Assembly (NCBI RefSeq): GCF_004010195.1
Contig: NC_057720.1
Location: 7,615,117-7,679,116, forward strand
Direction: 5' to 3'
Source of the DNA: Chiloscyllium plagiosum
Taxonomy: Eukaryota
DNA: 64,000 nt
Shown: positions 49,000 to 61,822 of the stretch, one piece after another
Numbering within the stretch: position 1 is the stretch's first letter
Layout: each line of letters opens with the position of its first letter
Translations under genes and position numbers: made by a program
The notes under the pieces: model-generated
Told to the model about the DNA's origin: nothing
The model's input: only the letters and a program-made list of their open reading frames with translations
The model's database searches: none

Positions 49000-49930
49000 A
49001 AAAAACAAAAGAACAAAGAAAATTTACAGCCCAGGAACAGGCCCTTCGGCCCTCCAAGCCTGGGCTGATCAAAATTTACTGTCTAAACCTGCCCCAATTC
49101 CTAAGTATCTGTATCCACTTATTCACGCATCTGTCCAGACACATCTTAAATTAATCCACCATGCCTGCCTCTGCTCCCTCTGCTGGCAACGTGTTCCAAG
49201 CGCCTACCACCCTCTGTGTGAAGTACTTGCTGTGTGTATCCCCCTTAAACGTTTCACCTCTCACCTTGAAAGCGTGACCTCTCATTATTGAATCCTTCAA
49301 CCTGGGAAAAAGCTTATCTCTAGCTACCTTATCTATACCCTTCATGATTTTGTAGACCTCAATCTCCTTTTTTCTAGTGAAAACAGAACTAACCTACTCA
49401 ACCTCACTTCATAGCTAATACCTTTCATATCAGACAACATCCTCATAAACCCTCTCTGCACCCTCTTCAAAGCGTCCACATCTTTTTGGTAATGTGGCGA
49501 CCAGAACTGTACACAGTATTCGAAATGCAGCTGAATCAACGTCGTGTACAATTTTAACATGACCTGCCAGCTCTTATACTCAATACCCCGTCCGATGAAG
49601 GGAAGCATACCATATGCCTTCTTGACCACTCTATCCACCTGTGTAGCCACCTTCAGGGTACAATGGACCTGAACTCCCAGATCTCTATGTTCATCAACTT
49701 CTCCCAAGGCTCTTCCATTTACAGTATAGTTCGCTCTAGAATAAGACTTCACAAAATGCATCACCTCACATTTGCCTGGATTGAACTCCATCTGCCACTT
49801 CCCCACCCAACTCTCCAGTCTATCTATATTCTCTCGTATTCTTTGACAGTTCCCTATGCTTTCTGCTTCTAAACCAATCTTCGTGTCACCTGCAAACTTG
49901 CTGATCATACCAACAATGCCCTCTTCCAGA
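49000..49930 (-). mobile_element. CR1 LINE RT-to-3' fragment
   Basis: ORF 49342-49908 SKFAGDTK...KWQMEFNPGKCEVMHF...RDLGVQVH...EYCVQFWSPHY. Confidence 0.9.
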
Positions 49931-50395
49931 TTATTTATGTATCAGGGAAAAAGCTGCTCTTGAACCTGTTTGTGCGTGTTCCAGCTTCAGTGTCGTCTGC
50001 CTGATAGAAGAGAGCATTACTGGAGTGGGAGGGGTCTTTGATGATGTTGGCAGCCTTTCTGCCAAGTGTAAATGGAGTCCATTGCTGGGAGGTGGGCTTC
50101 TATGATGGTCTGAGCTGTGCACACCACCTTCTGTGGTTTCTTACAGTCCAGGGCAGATCAGTTGCCATACCAGGCTGTTATGCACCTAGATAGTGTGTTT
50201 TCCTTGGTGCATCTGGAGAATTTGTTGAGGGTCCTTATGGACATGCTGAATTTCCTAAGCTGCCTGAGGAAGAAGAGGCATTGTTGTACCTTCTTGACCA
50301 TCGTATCTACCTGGGGGGTCCAGGGCAGATTGTATGTTATCGATACTCCTCGGAACTTGATGCTCTCCACTCTCTTTACCTCAGCTCTGGTAATG
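49930..50395 (-). mobile_element. Rex1/Babar-like LINE RT C-terminal fragment
   Basis: VESIKFRGVSITYNLPWTPQVDTMVKKVQQCLFFLRQLRKF...LSRCITAWYGN. Its probable tail is at ~48785-49000, split off by the CR1 insertion. Confidence 0.7.
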
Positions 50396-50789
50396 TCGAT
50401 AGGTAGATCCACGGCACATGGGTCAGTAGTGAAAGAAGGCAGCCCAAGGTCTCCCAACATCTGCAGTGACGTTGAGCAGAGGGGAGATTGAACCAGTGTG
50501 GGGAGAGGAGCCCAGCTCAGAGCAGATGGAGCCCTTCTGGAGATTGTGAGGCCAGCATGCCGAAGCACTTAAGAAGGACTGGAGTGTTGAACTTGTAACT
50601 TACTTTCTTTATTTTTCTACTTTGTGCCTTAGATTTTGGACCAGCATACCTTTGTACCAAAAAATGGCACCAGAAATGGCGACTTTGTACACTTCTCACT
50701 GTCCTCCTGTACTTGAGTACACATGACAATAGAGAATTCTAATAGAGAATAGCACTGCTAAAGTCAATAGGAGAAAAGTATAAAGTCTT

Positions 50790-51195
50790 TCATTTATCTA
50801 GTGCCTTTCATAACTATTGGATGTCTCAAAATACTTTACAGAAAATTTGAAGCTGTAATTTAGAAAATGCAGGAATCAATTTGGACACAGCAAGCTGCTG
50901 TGACAGTAACAGTCTTAATGATCAGATAATCAGTTCTTTGGTGGTGTTGCGTTTGAGATGAATATTGCTCACATTACTGGGGAGAACCTTATTGTACGTC
51001 TTTCAGAATACTCCGCACGGGATCTTTGACATCCACCTGAGCTGGCAGATCAGTCTTCGCTTTAATCTCTCATTCAACAGCTGAACTTCTTTCAACAGCA
51101 CTCCCTCAGTATTACCCCATTTGTCAATTTGCTCAGGCTCTGGAGAGGGATTTTAACTCAGAATCTTTGGAATCAAAGGAGAGAGTGTTGCCATT
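50790..51195 (-). mobile_element. Old Deu-domain-like SINE (AmnSINE1/SacSINE1-like)
   Basis: GGGATCTTTGACATCCACCTGAG...CAGCACTCCCTCAGTA core with a tRNA-like head at the right end. Related pieces at ~2210-2335, 42760-42900 and 52285-52600. Confidence 0.5.
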
Positions 51196-52804
51196 TCTAA
51201 AGATCAAGGAGGTCAAGCGATATAGATGTAATGTCGGTAAATGTCACTGAGGTACAAGATCAGCTGTGATCTCGATGACCAATAGAATAGGTTCAAGAGC
51301 TGAATGTCACACCCATTTTCAACGTTCAAATTCGAGTAGAAGTCCTCCCCCCAATTAACAAGTTACCAAGTATTTAATGCTATACTTTTTTCAGACCAAA
51401 GTAGTGCCACTTTCTTTCCAAATTGAGACCTTCGCTAATTCTAACACCATTTCTCCTCACAACAATTTACAACTGAGATTGTATGGCTACTTGATGGATG
51501 AATCCCTTTCAACTTTCATGCTTATTTCTCTGCAGGGTGAGGGAAATTGGACATCTACTGACCAGAAACTGGAGGTTATCGTGTGAAGGTATGGACTGGA
51601 ACATCGTCAGAATTCGGTTGTCCACTTTGGACTCCGACCTCAAAAGAATTGTCACAAACTGGAACAACTCATGGACTTTTTTCAAAGAGCCAGCACAGGG
51701 CCAATGGGCCAAATGGAGTTCAGCAGTGTCGCATCGTTGTATAAAAGTGGATTGCCTTCGTTCTAAAACCAAGACGGAGGTCAACCTAATTGTAAATTAT
51801 TGGCACTGCTCTTTGCTGAAAAAGCAAGCAGAATCACGAGACTGCAACAAAGAATGTTTGCTAAATATAGCAGCGCGATGGAATGTCTTGAGAGACACAT
51901 TTCCCAAAGCAATAGTATCGGGTATCTTGAACTGGGAGCTTGAGCCCTGCACACAGCAACTCTGGCAGTATTTCATTATCAAGTCCATTATGACAAGCAT
52001 TTGTCTCAGACAAAGGCAAAACAGAAAGGAATTGAAGCAGACAAATTAGTCCTGAAATCAGTTTCATTTACATAACGGTTGGAAGTTCATTAATAACAGG
52101 CATTTAATTATTCATCATCTTGTTTCACTAGATGCAGCAGTTTTCTTTTTTGTTTCCAGCACTGCTGGATGTCTGGAAACTCTCAGAACGACAAGCACAT
52201 TAGCCATGTCCTGATTTGCCCAACTGACGTAGTTCTTATCAGAGCTCTCAATAAATAAAAAAAGAACTTTTTTTTTGTGTGTGTGAATTTCATTTAGCTC
52301 AGGACATCCCAAAATGCTCCACAATCAATGAAGTACTTTCAAAGTTGAGCCACTGTTGTAAATGTAGCTGCTGACTGTGCACAGCAACTAGGCTACAAGC
52401 CGCAAGGTCAAATCATGTGCTGCCATTTTAAAGTGACATCGGAAGGAGGTCAAGAAATGGTGAGGACACATCTCACTTCTTCCAGAGAGCAGCACTGAGG
52501 GACCAGGTACATCCACTCGAGAGGATAGTTGGTTTAAGACATCATGTAAAAGCATAGAGCTCCCTCAGTAGTTCACGGAGAGGTTAATGGGGTTATGCTC
52601 TCAGAGAGCTGCAATGCAACGCTCCCTCTGTCTCTTTCTGCCACAGCCTATGATGTCAAATAAATCAAAGCTCTACAGACTCTTTGAATTGCATGTCTGC
52701 ACCTTTCGACTGTCAGTATAGGGTTCCCAGTTCATGACAAACAGCAAGGACCAAGTTTTTATTTTGTGTGAGCCACAGAATGACGGGAGGTGACCATGAT
52801 ATGG

Positions 52805-52918
52805 AGGATCCGGTGTTGGATTGGGGTGGACAACGTTAAAAATCACACAACATCAGGTTATAGTCTAACAGGTTTACTTGGAAGCACTAGCTTTCGGAAT
52901 GCTGCTCCTTCATCGAGT
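52805..52918 (-). mobile_element. Short element family C with decayed hammerhead core (inferred PLE end)
   Basis: Reverse strand ACTCGATGA-A-GGAGCAGCATTCC-GAAA-GC-TA-GTG. Related piece at ~44240-44290. Confidence 0.5.
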
Positions 52919-52926
52919 CAGCTATT

Positions 52927-53185
52927 ATGAGGGGGCATAGCTTTAAATTAAGGGGTAGTAGGTATAGGACAGATGTTAGGGGTAGATCGTTTACTCAGCG
53001 AGTCGTGAGTTCATGGAATGCCCTGCCAGTAGCAGTGGTGGACTCTCCCTCTTTATGGGCATTTAAACGGGCATTGGATAGGCATATGGAGGATAGTGGG
53101 CTAGTGTAGGTTAGGTGGACTTGGATCGGCGCAACATCGAGGGCCAAAGGGCCTGTACTGCGCTGTATTTTTCTATGTTCTATGA
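52927..53185 (+). mobile_element. CR1 LINE 3' end
   Basis: MRGHSFKLRGSRYRTDVRGRSFTQRVVSSWNALP followed by a (TTCTATG)n tail. Confidence 0.9.
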
Positions 53186-53599
53186 CTGCAGTGCATAAGA
53201 TCATAAGACAGAACTTATAGCAAAAGGTTACAGTGTCATACAATGATATACAGTGGTACTCAGCCTTTCTGCCATTCAAACAGATCATGACTGATCTGCC
53301 TCTCAATTTCACTAACTCACCTTCATGCTATGTTCTCAAGTACTATTTCTCGATTTGTTCGAAACATCACAGTGCAGCCTGGAAATTTTACATTGATGTA
53401 AAAGGTTTACAGAGGGGACAGAGTTCCAGATTCCCACTATTTGCAGAACATCTCCATTCAGTTTGCAAGCATGAGCTCCAGGCAGCTAGTCATTTTAATT
53501 TTATGCTGACCTTTCTGTCCTTGGCATGTAGGGGTATTTCAGTGAAACTCAACACAAGCATGAAGAAAATCACCATTTCCCTCAATCCATCCTTCTGGA

Positions 53600-54130
53600 T
53601 GCACAAGGCCACAAGAAATAGGAGCAGAATCAGACCTTTGCTCCACAATTCAATATGATCCTAGTTGATCTTGGGCTTCAACTCCACCTACGAGCCCACT
53701 CCCATATCCTTAAATTTCCTGAGAGATTAGAAATTAATTTATCCCAGTCTCTAATGTGCTCAATAATGGTGCATCCACAACGCCCTGGGGTGGAATAGTT
53801 CAAGGATTCACAATTCTTGGAGTGACGAACTTAGCCCTCCCTCACCCCAGTCCAAAATGATTGGCCCCTTATCCTGAAAATGTGCCGTAATGTTTTTGAT
53901 CTGCGGACCAGATACTAACCTTCTCAGTATCTACGCTGTCAAGACCTTTCAGAATCTTTTTCATTTGAATGAGATTTCTCCTCAATCTTGTAAAATCCAG
54001 AGAATATGGAGCCAATTTGTTCATCCATTTACCAGAGGACACCCCTTACTCCAGGGACTAACTTTGAGAACCTGCACTCAAATGTAACAGTTTCTCTTAA
54101 CTGTGGTGACTCAAACTATGCCCATTACTT
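53600..54130 (-). mobile_element. Old CR1 3' fragment
   Basis: CACAAGAAATAGGAGCAG 3'UTR and decayed ORF2 end on the minus strand. Confidence 0.6.
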
Positions 54131-54394
54131 AGGGAACCCTCTTCCTTTTCATAAACATATAAAAGCTCATGAAATCTGTTTTAAATATTTCTAGCTAATT
54201 TACTCGCAAATTCTACTTTTTCCCATTTTATAAACTTACTGGTAGCTCTTTGCTGGTTTCTAAAATACACCCAATCATCAGACTTGTGAGTGCTTTTTGC
54301 AACATTATAGTGTATATAAGGGACACTATGGCAACTACTCCCCTCTTGACCCCCCAAAGCCTGTCCACTATAAATTCCCATGTGAGCCACAATG

Positions 54395-55160
54395 TTTCTT
54401 TTATTCATTTGTGGGACATGGGAGTTGCTGGTTGGGCCAACGTTTATTACCCATCCGTAGTTGCCCCTTGAGAAAGTAGTGTTGAGCTGCCTTCTTGAAC
54501 TGCTGCAGTCCATGTGCTGTAGGTAAACCCAAATGTCATTTGGGTGGGAGGGGAGAGAAGTTCAAGAATTTTGATCCAGCAATAATGAAGAAATGGCAGG
54601 TCTGTTTTCCAAGTCAGGATGGTGAATAGCTGGGGGGAACATTGCAGGTGGTGTTCCCATGTATCTGCTGCCCTTGTCCTTCTCAATAGAAGAGGTCATG
54701 GCAAGATGCTGTCTGAGAATCTTTGGTGAATTTCTGCCATGCCTCTTGCAGATGGAACACACTGCTGCCACTGAGCATTGGTGATGAAAGGAATGGATGT
54801 GATGCCAATCAATCATGCATGCTGTTTTGTTCTGGATGGTGTCAAGTTTCTTGAGTGTTGTTGGAACTGCACTCATTCAGGCAAGTAGAGAGTATTCCTT
54901 CACACTCCTGACTTATGCCTTGTTGATGGTGGATAGGCTTTGGGGAGTCAGTGGGGGCGTGGGGATACTGTACTTGTCACAGTATTCCTAGTCTCTGACC
55001 TGCTCTTGTAGCCACTGTGTTTATGAGGAGATTCCAGTTGAGCTTCTGGTCAATGATAACCCCCAGCATGTTGATAGTGGTCCATTCAATAATGGCAATG
55101 CCATTGAGTGTCAAGGGGCGGTGGCTAGATCATCTCTTATTGGTGATGGTCATTGCTGAT
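54395..55160 (-). mobile_element. LINE family B 3' fragment
   Basis: ORF 54562-54876 SAVPTTLKKLDTIQNKTAC...; reverse complement of 22005-22880. Confidence 0.8.
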
Positions 55161-57469
55161 GGTCAGTGTTCACTGACTCTTGTTATTCCGAATTTCCACA
55201 CCGATACTGAATCAAGTTCATATTGACTAAGGCCAGATCCTTTCTCACTAATGTCTTTATGTCCTTTACACATCCCTCCTTGGCTTTCTGCTTGAATCTC
55301 TGAAATATTGTATACATTGGAATATTTATTTTCCACTCTTGATCACCCTGTAATCCCTTCTCTGTGATAGCAATTAAATGTAAACAATTTTCTCCAATTT
55401 TGCCATTGTTATGCCTAATTTTCTGTAGGAAAGCAAGTCTAGTTTGGAGCTCTGGTTTGGAGCTCATCTCAGGCCATAACAATAAGGTTATGAGTATTCT
55501 GGTTCCCCACAATCAACTTTTGCCTTTTCTGCAACATTCTCTGTATTCCTGTTGATCAACCATTGACTCTCACTTTTACTTGGCATATTACTCTAGTTGT
55601 TTGGGAGAAGCCCTGTTAATACATTCCTAGGTTTTTTGATAGAATAATGGCCTTAAGAAATAGCAACAGGAGTTGGTCATTCAGCCCCTCAAGCCTGCTC
55701 CGGCAATCACTAGTATCATAGATGATCCAACATTACTCATGTTCGTTATTCTCTGTACCCATTAATTCCCTGACTTCTCAAGAATCTATCTTAAATATAC
55801 ACAAGGACTTTGCCCCCACAGCTCTCTATGGCAAGGAGTTCCAAAGATTCTCAATCCCTCAGAGTGCTAGTTCCTCTCATCTCAGTCTTGAATTGGAGCC
55901 CCTTAATTCTGAGCCTCTGCTCTCTGGTCTTCAATTCTCCCATGAGGGAAAACATGAGATCACATCTCATTCTTCAAAATTTGGAGTCCCAACCTGTTTA
56001 GCCTTTGCTCAAAAGATAATTCCTCCAAAGCAAGGATCATCCTTGTGAACCTTCTCTGAACTGCCTCCAATGAAATTATAACTTTCCTTAAATAAGGAAA
56101 TTAAAACTGCTCGCAGTGCTGCAAATGCAGTCTCACCAGCCCCTTGTACAGTTGCAGTAAGACTTCCCTGCTCTTATACTCCAACCACCTTGAAATAAGG
56201 GCTACTATTCCATTACCCTTCCTGATTACCTGCTACCCCTTATGCTAGCTTTCTGTGTATTGTGCACAAATATCTCCAAGTCCCTTTGTGTTACAGTTGT
56301 CTGCAGCTTTTCTCTGTTTAAATAATACTCTGATCTTTTGTTCTTCCTTTCAAAATGAACAACTTAACATATATTCCAAAATTATACTCCATTTGTCAAC
56401 ATTTTGTCCACTTATTTAACCTCTCAATATCTCTTTGTAAACTGTTTGCATTACTTTCACAGTCTGCCTTTTCACCTGTTTTAGTGTCATCTGCAAATTT
56501 AGCAGTACATTTGTTTCTTTTCTCAAAGCCATGAGGATATATTGCAAAAAGCAATGATCCCTGTGCAACCCCAAAGCTCACAGGTCAGCAAGCTGAAAAA
56601 GGATTCATTGTCCCCACTTGCTGTTTCATGCTCATTAGCCACTTCTTTATCCATACCAATATACTACCTCCAATGCTGTGGGCTCTTGCCTTATGATTTA
56701 ACCTTTTATGAGGCACCTTGCCAAGTGCCTTCTGGAAGTCCAGATACAACACATCTACTTGGTGCCCCTCAATCCACTCCTGTTGTAACTGTCCAGTATC
56801 TCTATAACTACCTCTGCTAGGATCCAAGGATGCAAGCCATCAGGGCACTGATCTGTCTTTAGCTCCATTCCTTTCTCTAATACTACTACTCTGGTGATGG
56901 CAAGGGGACTTAAATTCCTGCCCCATATTCTTTACTATTAACAGAATGTTCAAAGTGTCACAAAGACTGATGCAAAATAACTGTTTAACTCTTCTGCCAT
57001 TTCCTTCATCCCCATAATCATCCCCAAATTAATTTTCAACGTTCACTTTGACCTCTCTTTTACTTATTTTCAGCCTTTATATTCCTTGCTAGTTTTTTCC
57101 TCGTAGTTTACATTCTCTGTCTTCATCATCGTTTTTGTCCTTTTTTTTGCTGGATTCTGAATTTGTCCCAGTTTTCAGGGCTATTGTGGATTTTAGCCTC
57201 CTTATATGCTTTTTGTTGCAACTTCATATTCTCCTTAACTTCCTTGGTTAGTGATAGTTAGTTTCTCCCTCTCTTGGAATCTTTCCTCCTCACTGGGATG
57301 TATTTTTGCTGAGAGTCATGAATTAGCTCCTTCATTATCTGCTACAACAATCATTCCTGCTCGTCTATCCACCCAGTTCACTTCAGCTAACACCATCCTT
57401 ACTTCATTGTAAGTCCCAAATCAGCACAGATGTTTCTAATTCACTCTCATATTGGATATTACATTCCTG

Positions 57470-57970
57470 AAAATTGAAAGGGTTCAGAAAAGATTTACAA
57501 GGATGTTGCCAGGGTTGGAGGATTTGAACTATAGGGACAGGCTGAACAGGCTGGGGCTGTTTTCCCTGGAGCATCGGAGGCTGAGAGGAGACCTTATAGA
57601 GGATTATAAAATTATGAGGGGCATGGACAGGATAAATCAACAAAGTCTTTTTCTTGGGGCAGTGGAGTCCAGAACTAGAGGGCATAGGTTTAGGGTGAGA
57701 GGGAAAAGATATAAAAGAGACCTAAGGAGCAACTTTTTCACGCAGAGGGTGGCGCATGTATGGAATGAACTGCCAGAGGAAATGGTGGAGGCTGGTACAA
57801 TTGCAACATTTAAAAAGCATCTGAATGGGAATATGAATAGGAAGGGTTTGGAGGGATATGGGCCAGGTGCTGGCAGGTGAGACTAGATTGGGTTAGGATA
57901 TTTGGTCGGCATGGACAAGTTGGACTGAAGGATCTGTTTCCATGCTGTACATCTCTATGACTCTATGACT
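57470..57970 (+). mobile_element. Younger CR1 (HER1-like) 3' fragment
   Basis: ORF 57452-57880 with an intact C-terminus; (CTCTATGA)n tail. Confidence 0.9.
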
Positions 57971-58048
57971 GTCATGTTATGATCACTAGTCCCTAGGGGA
58001 TCTTTTCATTTGTAAACCTGAAGAATGTGGGGTCATTTTGTAAACCTG

Positions 58049-58260
58049 AAGAAAGTGGGGACTGCAGATGCTGGAGATCAAAGTTGAGAGTGTGGCGCTG
58101 AAAAAGCACAACGGGTCAGGCAGCATCCGAGGAGCCGAAGAATCGTCGTTTCAGGCCATAAGCCCTTCATCAGGAATGAAGAAGGGCTTATGCCCTAAAT
58201 ATGATTCTCCTGCTTCTTGGATACTGGTTGACCTGTTGTGCTTTTCCAGCACCATGCTTC
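58049..58260. mobile_element. Family A palindromic element
   Basis: Perfect 15-bp TSD CATTTTGTAAACCTG at 58034-58048 and 58261-58275. Confidence 0.85.
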
Positions 58261-58531
58261 CATTTTGTAAACCTGCCCCATGACCCATTACCAGATCCAA
58301 GATAGGCTGCTCCCTGGTTGGCTCCATGACCTTTTGCTCAAGGGAACAATCCCAAATGCACTCGATGACTTCATTGTCAAAGGTTCCATTTTCAATTTGA
58401 CTAACCCAATTAACATTCAGTTTAAAGTCACCCATAATTAATTCTCTATTCTTTTTACATGCTCCCACTATTAGTTGGCCTTCCTACAGAGTGGCAACTG
58501 CTTGGAGGTCTGTACAATATACCTCCCAAAA

Positions 58532-59125
58532 TCATAGAAGGAAACACACCCTATGATCCAACCAGTCCATGGCAACCATAATCCCAAATTAAACCAGTCC
58601 CACCTGTCTGCACTTGGCCCATATCCCTCCAAACATTTCTTATTCATGTACTTATCTAAATGTCTTGTACACGTTGTAACTGTACCCATATCCATCAATT
58701 CCCCTGGAAGTCCATGCCACACACGAACCACTCTCCGTGTAAAACAATTTCTCCTCATATCTTGTTTAAAGCTTTCTCTTCTCACCTTAAAAACATGCCC
58801 CAGAGTTTTGAAGTCCCCCACCCTAAGGAAAAGACACATTCCATTCACCTTATCTGTAGCCCTTATGATTTTATAAACCTTGATAAGGTCAGGTCTCAAC
58901 CTCCTATGGTCCAGTGAAAAAAGTCCCAGCCTATCCAACCTCTCCCTATAACTCAAACCCTCCATTCCTGGAAACATCCTGGTAAATCTCTTCTGAACCC
59001 TCTCCAGCTTAATAATATCTTTCCTATAACAGAGAGACCAAACCTGGACACAGTACACCAGATGAGACCTCACCAACATCCTGTACATCCTCAACATGAC
59101 CTCAACAAGACCTCCCAACTCCTCG
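58532..59125 (-). mobile_element. CR1 LINE 3' fragment
   Basis: ORF 58471-59118 YRKDIIKLERVQKRFTRMFPGMEGLSYRERLDRLGLFSL. Confidence 0.9.
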
Positions 59126-59829
59126 ACTCAAAATCTTCATTCCCTTTTTGCCTTTTCTTAAACCTTGGCTCAAATGGACTCTACATCATCTAAGCTTCAA
59201 ACATCTCACACAACTGTCCTCTTCCTAACAATTTTACCCCACCACCTCTTCCTTCCCTCATCACTCCAAAAGGTCAAATATTCAGGAATGTTAAATTCCC
59301 AGTTTTGATCTCCTTGTAAACATGTTTCTCTAATGGCTATGAGATCATATTCATTTACCTCAATTTGTCTCATCAGTTTATCTATCTTACTTTAAATGCT
59401 TTGGTACAAGGCCTTTAAATTTGTTCTATTATTGAATTTCCTAGAATTTATGGTACCTTGATACATTCAAACATTCTGTCCCTTCTTTCTGTTCTCTGGA
59501 AACAATCAGCTTCATCACCAACAGGCAATCCTAACTTCTCCTTTACCTTTGATTTTCTAATTTTTTCCATGCAACTGACTCCTCCCTAGTTTTGAGTGTA
59601 AAACCCTGTCTACAGCCCTAGTTAGGTGATTCACCAGGACTCAGGTCCTTGCATCATTGAGATGGACCCATCTCACAACAGTTCCCTCCTTCTCCACGAT
59701 TGGTATCAATGTCCCATGAATTCAAACCCATTTCTCCTGCACCAATCTTTAAACCAACGTTTATCTTGGTAATTTTATTGACCCTGTGCCAAGTTGCTCA
59801 TGGTTCAGGTAGTAATCTGGAGAATATTA

Positions 59830-60032
59830 CCCGTTGATCTGCCATAACGTGCAATTTCGCTGTAACGTGATTAACGAATTGAGGACACTGTTTCTAAAGC
59901 GCAAAGTTTTAAAGCATATATTGGTTGTAATGCGATTCCAGCCTCATGAGGTGAAATGGTGCTGCCATTACACAATTTTCTTATAACACAATATTACATG
60001 AGAACAAAATTATTGTGTTAAAGCAGAACTGG
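59830..60032 (+). mobile_element. Third copy of the Tigger-like MITE
   Basis: Colinear with 394-612 (ACGAATTGAGGACACTGTTTCTAAAG...AATGCGATTCCA...AAATGGTGCTGC...TTATAACAC). Confidence 0.65.
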
Positions 60033-60707
60033 TTGATGCCTTTTCAGTTCTACTTTCCAAATTAGCCCCTAGCTGCTCATACTGCCTCAGGAGAACCTCT
60101 TTCCTCTTTCTACCTGCGTGGTACCCAAGTGGACCAGAACAACTGGATCTTTCCCCTGCCACTCCAAGTTCCTCTGCAGCCCGGGTGAGATATCCTGAAC
60201 CTGAGCACCAGACAGGCAACACACCTTTCCAGGACTCTCCATCCTGACTACAGAAAGCAATGCAACGATCGTTAAACGATCCTTGATTACAATTACATTT
60301 CTCTTTCCTCCCCCCTCTTAAATGACTCTCGGTCCCTCGGTGCTATGGTCAGTTTGCTTGCCCTCCCTGCAGATATACTCTCATCCATATAGGCGGCAAG
60401 AATCTCAACTCTGTTAGACAAGCTCAGTACTACAGCTACCTCCTGGATACCTCTACCTGCCTCATTCATAGTCACACCCTCCTGTCCCTGACCACTGACT
60501 TAATTTGAAGTAGTTAATCTAAGAGATGTGACTGCCTCCTGAAACACTACGTCCAGGTAACTCTTCCCCTCCCTGATGTGTCGCAGTGTTCAAAGCTCAG
60601 ACTCCAGCTCATCAACTCTGAGCCAGAGTTCCTCAAGCAACCAACACTTGGTACAGATGTGGTCACCATGAACCACGAGGGAGTCCCACATTATGCAGGT
60701 ACAATAT

Positions 60708-61014
60708 GGCGGCACGGTGGCACAGTGGTTAGCACTGCTGCCTCACAGCGCCAGAGACCCGAATTCAATTCCCACCTCAGGCAACTGTGTGGAGTTTGCA
60801 CATTCTTCCCGTGTCTGCGTGAGTTTCCTCCAGGTGCTCTGGTTTCCTCCCACAGTCCAAAAATGTCCAGGTTAGGTGAATTGGCCATGCTAAATTGCCT
60901 GCAGTGTTAGGTGAAGGGGTAAATGTAGGGGAATGGGTCTGGGTGGGTTGCTCTTCGGAGGGTTGGTGTGGACTTGTTGGGCCGAAGGGCCTGCTTCCAC
61001 ACTAAGTAATCTAA
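60708..61014 (+). mobile_element. HE1/V-SINE-like SINE, full length
   Basis: GGCGGCACGGTGGCACAGTGGTTAGCACTGCTGCCTCACAGCGCCAG head, V-domain, tail GGACTTGTTGGGCCGAAGGGCCTGCTTCCACACT. Confidence 0.9.
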
Positions 61015-61822
61015 ACATATCACCTAACTCTCCATCTTGATTTCATTTTCTTGGTTCTTAATTTGTTTATTTCTAAATTTCCTGCCGGTCTTTTAGTTTA
61101 TAAAATATTTCTCCTATTTACCTTTTTATCTGAATGTATCTTATGATCAATATTCAAATGAGCAGCTATTACCAAACAATAACCTTATGGTTTTCCTGTG
61201 ATGTCACCTTTTGCTTTGGGTTGGGCCTCAATTCTGGCCTTCAATTTAATCTATTAAATTGAACTTGTTAAATGACTTTACAAAATGTGAACAAAAAAAG
61301 CGAGGAAAAGCACCTCTTTCCTTCCTCATTGAATTCCCCTGCACCCTAAAAGCCCCAGAAATACACACTCACTCGGGCTGTGCCGCACTCCGAATCTGAT
61401 CTCTTCTTCCCAATTTTGTGAAGTTTGAATTCAGTGTAGCCCTATCCTAAGGTTAGAATTTAGCTCGACAGGAATGTGAAGAACTGTCAGCATTCCTCAT
61501 GTAGGAGTTTAACTTCCATTACAAGGGAGAAATGGAATCGCACAACATAGTGCACTGACCATCAAACTCTGATTCTGACCTGTGCTCTTTGGGTGATATT
61601 CCATGTCAAAATCATAGCCTCAAATGAAATTACTTTAGTGTGGTACTCCCCCAAAACCCTCCACCCACCCAAACCTCATCCAAAATAATCTATTGTTGGC
61701 TTTCTGGAATGGATTCACTGAGGTGAAGTTACTGAAGTTAGAGATTGTGTTAATAGTTTCATCACATGATTTGCTGTATCTAACAAGTTTTTTTGTCATC
61801 TCTAATCTTACTCCAAATAATG

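Larger units (their letters stand above)
55655..61400 (-). pseudogene. Old near-full-length CR1 LINE (ORF1 + ORF2), fragmented by younger insertions
   Basis: ORF1 Cys/His-rich region plus coiled coil (CIMWDSLVVHGDHICTKCWLLEELWLRVDELESEL, ~60560-60700). SGNH-esterase-like CCLSGAQVQD...DPVVLVHLGT (~60120-60225). APE MGDFKL...EPTREQPILDLV (~58280-58440). RT VDVLYLDFQKA and KFADDTK (~56480-56760). 3'UTR at ~55655. Confidence 0.75.

Noticed and set aside
51498..52049. 183-aa ORF as a CDS
   Set aside because: No recognisable domain and atypical composition. Kept only as a candidate non-coding island or exon.
60708..60780. tRNA gene
   Set aside because: This is the tRNA-derived head of an HE1-like SINE, running into the V-domain with no terminator. 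The same applies to the other SINE heads.
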